This document shows positions 18,928 to 27,599 of a stretch of DNA of 64,000 nucleotides, in pieces. This DNA is from an uncultured Anaerolineales bacterium. Lineage in GTDB: Bacteria > Chloroflexota > Anaerolineae > Anaerolineales > UBA11858. Where the stretch lies: the NCBI GenBank assembly GCA_964457375.1, contig CAYWFK010000004.1, forward strand, positions 8,499 to 72,498. The letters run 5' to 3'. Within the stretch, counting starts at the first letter, position 1. Each line of letters opens with the position of its first letter. The notes under the pieces were generated by a model that made no database searches, had not been told where the DNA came from, and saw only the letters and a list, made by a program, of their open reading frames with translations. Made by a program: the position numbers and the translations under genes.

Positions 18928-19485
18928 TCAGGATTGTGAAAGTTTATAGGAGAGAGGAATAGTACGGTGTTCTTTTTCAGCCTGATTCGTACGCTGGTCA
19001 AGGTGCCTGACCAGCACAGCGCTGGTAAAGACAAACAACCGTCTGGGCGTCGGGTTGTCATTGGGGTGCAGCACCTCTGTCGGAATGCCAAGCCGGAAAC
19101 AAATTTTGCGCACATCCGGATCATCGAAAGTTTGGCCATTGACCTGGCTGACAAGAATATTGCGTATCTTGTCGATCAACAGCAAGTCTTCATATTCATC
19201 CTTGCTGACCAGCCCCAATGCATAAGCAGAAGTAACAAGCGTACGAAAGGAACCCAAAGCCTGTCCCGGGTCCAGGATTTGGCTGACAATATCAGGTTCA
19301 TCGATGAAAAATGTCGTGAGTAATTGCCGAAGCTGATTTTCGAGATAGGTTGCAGAAATGATCGCAGTTGTGCGATCACTTTTGTTATGGAATTCCCTTA
19401 AAAACTTTTTCCAGTCCTTTTTCTTTTTCCTTGGAATGAGCCCGTCATGTTCTCTCATAGTTCGTCCTTGATCCCGGATAATCAT
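18928..19485 (-). CDS. MtlR/YggD-like helical protein
   Basis: AIISATYLENQLRQLL ... ALGSFRTLVTSAYALGLVSKDEYEDLLLIDKIRN aligns by eye with E. coli MtlR (PLGDLSVRLKLIYGLGVINRQEYEDAELLMALRE). The gene ends 20 nt upstream of the methyltransferase. Confidence 0.6.
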   Translation of the reverse strand: MIIRDQGRTMREHDGLIPRKKKKDWKKFLREFHNKSDRTTAIISATYLENQLRQLLTTFFIDEPDIVSQILDPGQALGSFRTLVTSAYALGLVSKDEYEDLLLIDKIRNILVSQVNGQTFDDPDVRKICFRLGIPTEVLHPNDNPTPRRLFVFTSAVLVRHLDQRTNQAEKEHRTIPLSYKLSQS

Positions 19486-19729
19486 TCGAATTCCGTACTT
19501 TTAATTATAACCTGCTATTGCATTCCTACTATACACCAAATCCGTTAAGTTTGCACTGATAAAATTGTTGGGTCTTTCCGAATTCTTCCGGCTGAAAAGC
19601 GGCGGCTGGCAGCATCACCGGAATTTTCAACCGGTTTCGCTGCCTTGTGTCTTGTACTCATGATACCAGGCAAAGATACTTTTCCTGCTGTTTGCTCTGA
19701 CGCCGCCAACGGTTCAGATACGTTTTATG

Positions 19730-21406
19730 TTATGGCAATCCGCTGGCTTTGGCAGCCAAAGGAAGAAAAATAAACCACCCCGGATAAAAAGCGTTGTTCG
19801 AAACCCCCGACCAATCCCCATTTGTATTTTGTGTTTTCAGTGCAAAGTAAATCGTCGCATGCCCAACAGAAACGGCATCCGAGAAGAAATCCCGTGTGCC
19901 TGTCAACGAATCCGTCAACACGCTGGCAGCATGCCAGTTCTCATCGCTAATCAATCCGCCGCTATACCGCAGCGTTGTCGTAATTGCGAATTGCGGCGGT
20001 GTCCAGTGCAAGGTAAACGTCAGAACACCGCCCTTGCTGATAACATCGGTAAGCCGCAAATCGCCAATCGCTTGCGGCACCGGCAGAACATACTCATCCG
20101 CGCCAATATCCGCGGCACTGCCGGCAGGGCGTTCATCCCCGTCGAAATCATCGCGTACCTCCGGAAGCAAAGAAACCTGGTCGATATAAGAAACTGCATG
20201 CGGTTTCAGGTGCAGATCGCCGCCGGCGACATCCACAAAGGAAGCCATGGGAACATTTTCCCGGTTATCTGACAACACGGCACTGCCCCCACGGTCACGC
20301 AGATTGTGGCTCACCAGATTGTTTCTGATTTCAGCAGAAGTATGGCCAAAGCGCCATTCGATCGATGAAAACGGAGCAACAGTCGAGGCAACCGAATTAT
20401 GCAGCACTTTTGCACCACAAGCCTGTGCAAGGCAAATGCCGCAATCGAAGCCGAACGCCGAAGCAAACAAGGCGCTGCTTCCGGCTGAAACAAAGTTGTT
20501 GCGGATCATTCCGCCGTAATGTTCGACAAACCCGCCGCCGGCACCCGGGCAAGGATTATCCGCATATGTGCGGCCGCTTCCGTTTTCTGTCAATCCCAAA
20601 CCGATCCCCCGTGCATTGTCCATCAATTGATTGCGCTCAATCAGCGTATCTCTGCTGCCCCGCCAAAAGTGAATCCCGTGCTCCGAAAGCCCGCTTTCAC
20701 ACCAAAACCCCTCGATTAGATTATCGCGAATCAACCAGCCCCTTGCCTGATGGGCATCGATTCCCCCGGTGTAACAATCGTCATGGATATGCGAACGTCC
20801 CGCATTCGTCAAACGGATTACCGAACAGGCAACCGTACCGTCATCCGGAAAATGCGCCGAATCCACCGGGTTTATCTTGATTGCCTGCTGACCGGGATCG
20901 ATGATATGCACATTGTAAATCAATGTGCCGGTAACATCCGCTGATGAAGTAGACATCACGTGAATCGGATGGTGAACGGCTCTCCTTATCGTCAAGTCAG
21001 CTACGGTGGCATTCGAAGCCACAATCTGGATGATTTCATCGGACAGATAATTTCCATCGAGAACCACAGCATCCGGGTTTCCGCTCGCCGAACGCAGGGT
21101 AACACCAGCCGTATCGATACGCAGATACGCACCATCCAGCGAATAGTTTCCATCCGCCAGCAGAATTGTCGTGCTCACGGCAGCATGGTTGACCGCATCG
21201 ACAAGCCCGGTCACGTTATCAACGTGAACAACATTACCGGCAGCCATTGGCAGCACTCCGCAATGACGGCGCACCGTTCGAGGCGAGGCAGGCGCTTGCG
21301 AATACACGCGCACAGCCTGCACCCAGACTCCGGAAAACGCAACTGCCAGAAATAAAACAGGAAAAACAATCAGCAAACCGCGGAAGTGGATATTTTTGGT
21401 TTTCAT
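19730..21406 (-). CDS. secreted right-handed beta-helix protein with Fn3-like C-terminal domain and FLPLAAK tail
   Basis: Start at ATG 21406 (MKTKNIHFRGLLIVFPVLFLAVAFSG is the signal). Beta-helix repeats include NLIEGFWCESG..HGIHFW and RNQLMDNARGIGLG. DIGADEY is present and the protein ends GWFIFLPLAAKASGLP. Confidence 0.8.
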   Translation of the reverse strand: MKTKNIHFRGLLIVFPVLFLAVAFSGVWVQAVRVYSQAPASPRTVRRHCGVLPMAAGNVVHVDNVTGLVDAVNHAAVSTTILLADGNYSLDGAYLRIDTAGVTLRSASGNPDAVVLDGNYLSDEIIQIVASNATVADLTIRRAVHHPIHVMSTSSADVTGTLIYNVHIIDPGQQAIKINPVDSAHFPDDGTVACSVIRLTNAGRSHIHDDCYTGGIDAHQARGWLIRDNLIEGFWCESGLSEHGIHFWRGSRDTLIERNQLMDNARGIGLGLTENGSGRTYADNPCPGAGGGFVEHYGGMIRNNFVSAGSSALFASAFGFDCGICLAQACGAKVLHNSVASTVAPFSSIEWRFGHTSAEIRNNLVSHNLRDRGGSAVLSDNRENVPMASFVDVAGGDLHLKPHAVSYIDQVSLLPEVRDDFDGDERPAGSAADIGADEYVLPVPQAIGDLRLTDVISKGGVLTFTLHWTPPQFAITTTLRYSGGLISDENWHAASVLTDSLTGTRDFFSDAVSVGHATIYFALKTQNTNGDWSGVSNNAFYPGWFIFLPLAAKASGLP

Positions 21407-21426
21407 GCCTGTCCGTTCCTTGCCAT

Positions 21427-23790
21427 TCAAGGCAAATAACCGCGAAAGATCACGGGAAGATATTGCATCGCCCCGCCAACCAGCAGACGGGCAATCGCGG
21501 TTCGTATGTCACCGTTGCTTTTTCCGTCGACAGGTACGGCATACCAGACGCCCGGCGAGGTTAACACAGTATGCGTATCGGTCATCGTCAAGCGGGCGGT
21601 ATTCCCCGGGTTCACCTGCAACGGTGTCAGATAAACGTCCAAACCGGCCATCGTAATGGGCACACTCAGGCTGACTGTTCCGGTAAACCCGCCGACAGCC
21701 CGCACACTTACAGTAAAAACCGCCGTCTCCCCCGGGGCGATTTGCATCACGGGGGGCAGCACATCAAGCGCAAAACCGCTGCCCTCATATTCGAAAGCGC
21801 CAATATCCGGGGCGCTGCCATTGAAGGCATCATTGATACCGGGAAGTACCACGCCCGCATCGATCAAACTACTGGATTCCCCCAGCGTATAATCCGCAGA
21901 AGCGGCATCAACAAAACCCGGTTTGGCATCCGTTCCATGCTGCTCTTGCCCGGTCTTCGTTCGAAACACATTCAAAGAGCGCATATGCCGATCCGGACCG
22001 CTTCCCCAATAAACATACTCATCCGGATTGGATGTATACAGATCATCGTAATCGAAATTGATTGGCTGGGTTTCATTATAATCGTTCAATGCATAATTCG
22101 TCCCTGCCCAGATATTGTTACGGCTGACAATGTTTTTCCAGCTGCCGGGTGCCTTGATGTAAATACCATTGTTCCCAGGCAGCGCCGCATCGCTGGTGTT
22201 ATGAAACAAATACATCACGCCCGATTTCCCGTAACCGCTGTTGAACTTGAACGGGCTTCCCGAAAAGGTATTGTTTCCCGCACCGGTATGATAAATCAGG
22301 TTGCGAATGACAAAGACAGGTCCTTTATAGACCGGTGCCAGAGAAATGCCCATCAGAACATCATGAAAAGTATTCGACCAGATGCGCACATTGCTGCAAG
22401 TGCCGTCGGTTTCCACACCGTCATCACCCGCGTTGTAAACCAGATTTTCGTAAAAATCAGTTTCGCTCGTCTCGCTCCCGGCCGTCTCAGGGCATATCCC
22501 CAGGCCATCGAAATAATCATGAAAAGAATTGCGTCGAATCACATTTCCCCGCCCGGTCATCGGGCTATAAAACCGAACTCCGCCGGTTTCCAGCCTGCTT
22601 CCTCCCTTGACAGCATGCCAATCCCATTGAAAATCCGTATCGCGAAAAGTATTATGCTGAATCAGGTTACGGTTCGAATTGCGTTTGAACCCGATACCCA
22701 GATCATTGAGTTCGAAAGTGCAATGCTGAACCAGATTATCGTTCGCATTATTGAAATACAGCGCCTTTGCCCAATTCCCCCGGCCATAATGCCGAAAAAC
22801 AAGATGATCGAAATAAATTGCGTCCTGTTCGATTGCGAAAGCATAATTGAAACGTGAAACCACAATCGCAGCACTGCTCGGGTTTTTGTCGCCGGCCAGA
22901 TGCACATACAAAACCTTGCCGTTTGCATAAAAACCGGGAATTCCCCAAACCAGGTTTTGCAAATCGGAAAGGCTTTGATAAGGATAAAGCCGCTGCCCGT
23001 CAGCGGTCACCAAATGCGTATCAGGCGCATGAACATTTGTCCGGTAGATACCCCCGCCCTGATCCTGCCAGGAAAACGTCGCCGGATCTCCTCCGTCGAG
23101 AATCGCCTTCTCACCGGTATAACTGCGAATGACGATTGGCGCACCGGCGCCCCCCGAACAAGGCATATCCATTTCTCCGCGGTAATAAACACCCCCTCGC
23201 AAAACCACCGCATCACCCGCATGCGCCATACCCAGCGCTTGCTCCAGCGCACAGGGCGCAGCCAGCGAGCAAACCATCCCGGAGCCGTCCGGGCTGGCAA
23301 CGAAGGTATGCAGCGGAGCAGGCAGGGACAATTCCGGGCGTGTTACTCCCGAAGCATCGAGAACGGTTCCGTTTAACGGGCCATTGTCCGGGTCTGCCAA
23401 AGAAACCCGCACAACCACCTGCTCTGCCGGTTTCAGCCAGAAGATGCTGCCGGCAAAACGCGTTGCCGATATGCGGGTAAGTGGGAAACCCTGCCGGTAT
23501 CCACCGCCCGCACCTTCCCGGTAGGTCAGTGTAGCCGTGGCATCCTCGTCCGGGTCATCATTTGCGTCAATTGCAACGATAACACCCATCGAATGATAAT
23601 TCCCGAAAAGCGAAAGCGCTGCTGCCGCAGGCGCCAACGAATTTGAGACGTCTCCGTGTTGCATTTGCCCCGCGCGCACGGAACTTGTATCTTCGGCTTG
23701 CGCGGCAATCACACCGGCGCGGGTAACCATTACTGTCAAAACCAATATAACAACCGGCAAACCAAACCGATACCACTTTGTTTGTATCAT
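21427..23790 (-). CDS. secreted right-handed beta-helix (pectate-lyase-fold) protein with Ig-like domains and YLPVIFR tail
   Basis: Signal peptide MIQTKWYRFGLPVVILVLTVMVTRAGVIAAQA. There is a long beta-helix region (NLVQHCTFELNDLGIGF, NLIQHNTF, IRRNSFHD, RIWSNTFHD). PDIGAFEYEG is present, followed by an Ig-like C-terminal domain, and the protein ends AMQYLPVIFRGYLP. Confidence 0.8.
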   Translation of the reverse strand: MIQTKWYRFGLPVVILVLTVMVTRAGVIAAQAEDTSSVRAGQMQHGDVSNSLAPAAAALSLFGNYHSMGVIVAIDANDDPDEDATATLTYREGAGGGYRQGFPLTRISATRFAGSIFWLKPAEQVVVRVSLADPDNGPLNGTVLDASGVTRPELSLPAPLHTFVASPDGSGMVCSLAAPCALEQALGMAHAGDAVVLRGGVYYRGEMDMPCSGGAGAPIVIRSYTGEKAILDGGDPATFSWQDQGGGIYRTNVHAPDTHLVTADGQRLYPYQSLSDLQNLVWGIPGFYANGKVLYVHLAGDKNPSSAAIVVSRFNYAFAIEQDAIYFDHLVFRHYGRGNWAKALYFNNANDNLVQHCTFELNDLGIGFKRNSNRNLIQHNTFRDTDFQWDWHAVKGGSRLETGGVRFYSPMTGRGNVIRRNSFHDYFDGLGICPETAGSETSETDFYENLVYNAGDDGVETDGTCSNVRIWSNTFHDVLMGISLAPVYKGPVFVIRNLIYHTGAGNNTFSGSPFKFNSGYGKSGVMYLFHNTSDAALPGNNGIYIKAPGSWKNIVSRNNIWAGTNYALNDYNETQPINFDYDDLYTSNPDEYVYWGSGPDRHMRSLNVFRTKTGQEQHGTDAKPGFVDAASADYTLGESSSLIDAGVVLPGINDAFNGSAPDIGAFEYEGSGFALDVLPPVMQIAPGETAVFTVSVRAVGGFTGTVSLSVPITMAGLDVYLTPLQVNPGNTARLTMTDTHTVLTSPGVWYAVPVDGKSNGDIRTAIARLLVGGAMQYLPVIFRGYLP

Positions 23791-23985
23791 TGGGGTACTT
23801 TCATCGAATAGTTTCCGGACAGATTCTTTCGATAAGATTCAATCCTATTAAAGAAGAAACGGGGTCTCCCGTCAATCCGACCGGAGTACTACAAAAAACA
23901 GACCTGCCTCCCAAAGACGCGATAATACCGGCGCAAAAGACAACACCGGCAAAGCTCCTGCTGTTTTCGGGGATTTCCCGCCGCC

Positions 23986-24004
23986 GATAATGATATAATG
24001 TTTA
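23986..24004 (+). promoter_or_regulatory. extended -10 (TGATATAAT) overlapped by a Fur/PerR-like half box GATAATGATA
   Basis: GATAATGATATAATGTTTA matches the classical 19-bp Fur consensus GATAATGATAATCATTATC at 12/19 positions, with the first 10 perfect. It lies about 160 nt upstream of the superoxide reductase gene. Confidence 0.3.
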
Positions 24005-24157
24005 CAGTATTTGTTAGGTTTATACTCGAAATAAACGCATGCAGCACTGAATACCTTTGCCAGCCTGCATGTAACATCTTTTTTCAGCATCGACAACACC
24101 GCGTTACCAACCGGTAACCCGTCCAACCATTCACAACTCAAACAGGAGGTTATTCTC

Positions 24158-24553
24158 ATGAACAAAATCGGCGATCTTTTCCAAAGCAGTGACTGGAAAA
24201 AAGAAAAGCACGCACCTGTAATCGAATGTCCTGATGAAGTTCCCGCCGGAGAAGCTTTCGCAGTCAAAGTCTCCGTCGGAAAAGAGATTCCCCACCCCAA
24301 CACGACAGAACATCACATCCAATGGATTCAGTTGTACTTCAAACCGGACGGAGAAAAATTCGCTTTCCACGTTGGCAGCTTCGAGTTTGCCGCACACGGC
24401 GAATCCGTCAAAGGTGCAAACCAGGGACCGGCTTATACCAATCCTTCCGCAATTGCGGAACTCAAAATCAGCAAGTCCGGCACGCTTTATGCGACTTCCT
24501 ACTGCAATATCCACGGGCTTTGGGAAAGCACGAAAACCATCTCGGTCAAATAA
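24158..24553 (+). CDS. sor: superoxide reductase (1Fe-SOR, neelaredoxin type)
   Basis: 131 aa with KHAPVIE, HPNTTEHHIQWI and CNIHGLWE, the His4-Cys iron ligand pattern of class II SOR. AGGAGG SD. Confidence 0.9.
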   Translation: MNKIGDLFQSSDWKKEKHAPVIECPDEVPAGEAFAVKVSVGKEIPHPNTTEHHIQWIQLYFKPDGEKFAFHVGSFEFAAHGESVKGANQGPAYTNPSAIAELKISKSGTLYATSYCNIHGLWESTKTISVK

Positions 24554-24646
24554 TCATCTCGCCCGGAGAAAGCAACAAGCAGATACCCCATCCGGCTGGC
24601 AGAATGCCGCCGGGTTAAAACTATTACTCAATAAAGGAAGGTTGTC

Positions 24647-24952
24647 ATGCCGGATTTCGGATCCCCCTTTTCAGGGCTTGCCAGCCAGCGCAAGCTTACC
24701 CACGAAGAACTTGTTCGTGCAATCCGCTTTTTGGTTGCTGCGGAATACGAAGCTGTACAACTTTACATGCAGCTCGCCGAATCAGTCGACAACAAACTGG
24801 CCGTCGACGTTCTCACGGATATAGCCGATGAAGAACGTGTTCATGCCGGTGAATTCCTGCGCCTGCTTCAGGAACTTGATCCGGATGAAGCCAAATTTTA
24901 CGACAAGGGCGCCAAAGAAGTCGAGGAAATCATCCGGGAAATGAACGACTGA
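24647..24952 (+). CDS. small ferritin-like / rubrerythrin-like 'half-ferritin' protein
   Basis: 101 aa. LVAAEYEAVQLY ... IADEERVHAGEFLRLL supplies one E...ExxH half of a di-iron site, as in EncFtn-like proteins. SD is AAAGGAAGG. Confidence 0.7.
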   Translation: MPDFGSPFSGLASQRKLTHEELVRAIRFLVAAEYEAVQLYMQLAESVDNKLAVDVLTDIADEERVHAGEFLRLLQELDPDEAKFYDKGAKEVEEIIREMND

Positions 24953-25260
24953 ACCGGACAAAAACAGGCATACACACAAAGCAGAGAGCTTGTCGTTCCA
25001 TGCGGGAAACCCAACAAGGACCACCGGCTCTCTGCTTCTTCGTTCCCATCACAGGGGATAAAGGCAGCTGATAATCTCAAACACCACACCTGCACCGCAT
25101 TTTACCGGTGCGCCGTCCCCCCTGCAAAAGCAGCCGGAATGTCATCACTCTCTCATCCTGCTGTCTGCATCCGCCCAAAACCCGCATCACTGACCGGCTT
25201 GCCGGCAGGAAGAATCCCCTGAATGTAGACAGATACAGCACTCACACGCCGGTTCTTCAC

Positions 25261-27354
25261 TCAGTCATTCCCAAAATTCACCCGCATCCCCAAAGCATAT
25301 GCCACAAACGCCCAAACATCCGCCCGCTCAGCAATGATCTTGTAAGTCGGTTTGCCAAGTTTGTGCCCGGCTTTGCTCTCTACGCGCAAAAGCACGAGAC
25401 TATCCGAGTCAGCTTTCGCCTGCAATTCAGCCACGAACTTTTTCGAATGCGAAGGTACCACACGGTCGTCTGTATCACCGGTGGTCACGATAATCGGCGG
25501 ATAATGAACCCCTTGCTGCACATTATGCAAAGGCGAATACGCATACAAAAAGCGGAAATGCTCAGGGTTCAGCTCCGCATTACCATACTCAGGCACCCAA
25601 AAACGCCCCACGGTGAACTTGTGATAACGAAGCATATCGGTAACCGGCACATGACACAACACTGCCCCGAACAAATCCGGGCGTTGAAGCATGCAGGCAG
25701 CCACCAGCAACCCGCCGTTACTCCGCCCCTCGATTGCAAGTTTAGCGGGGCTGGTATATCCTTCCTTGATTAACCATTCACCTGCTGCAATGAAATCATC
25801 GAAAACATTTTGCTTGTTACCCAGCATCCCCGCCCGGTGCCAGGCTTCACCATACTCCGTACCGCCGCGCAGGTTTGCCAAAGCAAAAGTTCCTCCCATC
25901 TCCAGCCAAACCAAATTCCAGACATTGAAATACGGGGGCTGACTGATGGTAAACCCGCCATAGCCATACAAAATCACCGGGTTGGAGCGGTCTTTTCGTA
26001 TACCCTTCCGATGAGTCAGGAACATCGGCACACGTGTTCCGTCTGCGGAAGGATAGAATACCTGTCTTGTCTCATAAGCCTGCATATCGAAAGGAATCTC
26101 CGGGACGAAGAAAGGTATCAGCTTGTCGGTTGTTGCTTCATAACGGTAAATCGATGGCGGATGTAAAAAGGAAGAAAAACCTAGAAAAGCATCCTTGCTT
26201 GTGCTTCCCCCGTCGAGCAAACTCAGGCTCCCCATTGCTGGCAAATCAGGCTCATTGATAAACTTGCCGTCCAGCGAATATACCTGCAAGCGGTGATATG
26301 CATGGTGAGAAAGAATCAACACCAGACGATCCGCAACCATACCGGCCATTTCGATGGCATTCTCGCCCTCCGGAATGATCAACTTCCAGGTCCGGTTTGT
26401 GCTATCTTCCAGATTCACCATAACGATTTTGCCGTTCGGCGCATCCTCGGTGCTCAGAAAATAAAACGAATCATCGCTATTTCCCAAATAGATATACCGT
26501 GCTTTTTCAGGAGGCACCAGACTGGTAAAGGGCGCATGCACATCAGCTTCCATCTTGCGGAAAACAAGGCCATTACGGCGGTCAGTTCCCCTGTGGCTGT
26601 TGATCAACAAATACTTGCCATCATCACTGCTGAAAGGAGAAAAAGCCAGTTCCTTGTCTTCCGGAAATTCATAAACCAGCACATCGTCATTCTGGGGCGT
26701 ACCCAGGCGATGGAAATAGATTCGGCTATAAGTATCCTGATCCTCAGGGGAAACATTCTCCGGGTTCGGAAGGCGGTTGTAATAAAATCCGCTCGAATCA
26801 GCCTGCCAGGCAATATTGGCGAACTTCGTCCACAATAGATGATCACCGGTTTCTTCGCCCGTCAGCGTATCCAGAACATGGATTTCCTGCCAATCGCTTC
26901 CGCTGCCGGACAAGGAAAAAGCCAGATAACGTCCATCCATGCTGTAATGCTGTGAAATTAAAGCAACTGTGCCATCTTCACTCAGTGTATTCGGGTCCAG
27001 CAAAAGCGTTTCTTTTCCATCTTTCTCATCCCTGACGTACAAAACCGGTTGGTTTTGCAAGCCGCTGTTTCGGGTGAAGAAAAGACGCTCCCCCGCCTTG
27101 TGCACAGTATTGATAACAGGAAAATTCCATAATGACGTCAAGCGCTGTTCGATAGCCTTTCTTCCCGGCAAGGCGTCAAGAAAAGCATGTGTCCGGGCAT
27201 TTTCTGCTTCCGTCCATGCGATCGTTTCCGGATTATCCGGTTCTTCCAGCCAGCGGTACGGGTCAGCAACCTGCGTCCCGTGGTAATCATCGACGACATC
27301 TGTCCGGCGTGCATCCGGAACAGGCAATCGGGTTGATTTTCTTTTGCTCATCAT
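25261..27354 (-). CDS. prolyl oligopeptidase (S9A)
   Basis: DDYHGTQVADPYRWLE at the N-terminus, a propeller region, and a catalytic GRSNGGLL Ser motif with later D and H. Start at ATG 27354 behind GGAAGGA. Confidence 0.9.
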   Translation of the reverse strand: MMSKRKSTRLPVPDARRTDVVDDYHGTQVADPYRWLEEPDNPETIAWTEAENARTHAFLDALPGRKAIEQRLTSLWNFPVINTVHKAGERLFFTRNSGLQNQPVLYVRDEKDGKETLLLDPNTLSEDGTVALISQHYSMDGRYLAFSLSGSGSDWQEIHVLDTLTGEETGDHLLWTKFANIAWQADSSGFYYNRLPNPENVSPEDQDTYSRIYFHRLGTPQNDDVLVYEFPEDKELAFSPFSSDDGKYLLINSHRGTDRRNGLVFRKMEADVHAPFTSLVPPEKARYIYLGNSDDSFYFLSTEDAPNGKIVMVNLEDSTNRTWKLIIPEGENAIEMAGMVADRLVLILSHHAYHRLQVYSLDGKFINEPDLPAMGSLSLLDGGSTSKDAFLGFSSFLHPPSIYRYEATTDKLIPFFVPEIPFDMQAYETRQVFYPSADGTRVPMFLTHRKGIRKDRSNPVILYGYGGFTISQPPYFNVWNLVWLEMGGTFALANLRGGTEYGEAWHRAGMLGNKQNVFDDFIAAGEWLIKEGYTSPAKLAIEGRSNGGLLVAACMLQRPDLFGAVLCHVPVTDMLRYHKFTVGRFWVPEYGNAELNPEHFRFLYAYSPLHNVQQGVHYPPIIVTTGDTDDRVVPSHSKKFVAELQAKADSDSLVLLRVESKAGHKLGKPTYKIIAERADVWAFVAYALGMRVNFGND

Positions 27355-27599
27355 TTGTCCTTCCGTATTCAGCAATTTATTCAGGGAAAGCCGTTTTCTG
27401 CAAAAATATCGAAACAGCCAACCCACAAACCCCAATAATTGTCATTATACACTGCCGCAAGCAATCACGCCCCTCTGAATTGAACGCCAGTAATATCAAA
27501 CCACAACCGGAAATCAAAAAACGTTCTGGTGAACCCCGTTGAACGACATACCAGTAATGAAGCCCGACACAGCCATTTCAAACCCACAAAATCAGGGGC

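Noticed and set aside
18928-19485. 185-aa ORF upstream of the methyltransferase as the cognate restriction endonuclease
   Set aside because: There is no PD-(D/E)xK, HNH or GIY-YIG pattern. The sequence aligns instead with the all-helical MtlR repressor fold.
21571-22857. 428-aa plus-strand ORF, and similar long ORFs at 5279-6004, 37317-38276, 42710-43366, 46636-47316, 47644-48333, 49790-50785 and 53283-53993
   Set aside because: All lie antisense to, or out of frame within, well-supported genes. They have Arg/Pro/Gly-biased, low-complexity composition and lack SD sequences. They are shadow ORFs.
24647-24952. Half-ferritin as encapsulin cargo (EncFtn)
   Set aside because: There is no encapsulin shell gene adjacent. 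The C-terminus (EEIIREMND) lacks a Gly/Ser/Leu-rich targeting peptide.
25261-27354. Prolyl oligopeptidase as the processing enzyme for the Pro-containing C-terminal tails or as a RiPP maturase
   Set aside because: It has no signal peptide, so it is cytoplasmic. It has no adjacent precursor-like small ORF and no linkage to the tail-bearing genes.
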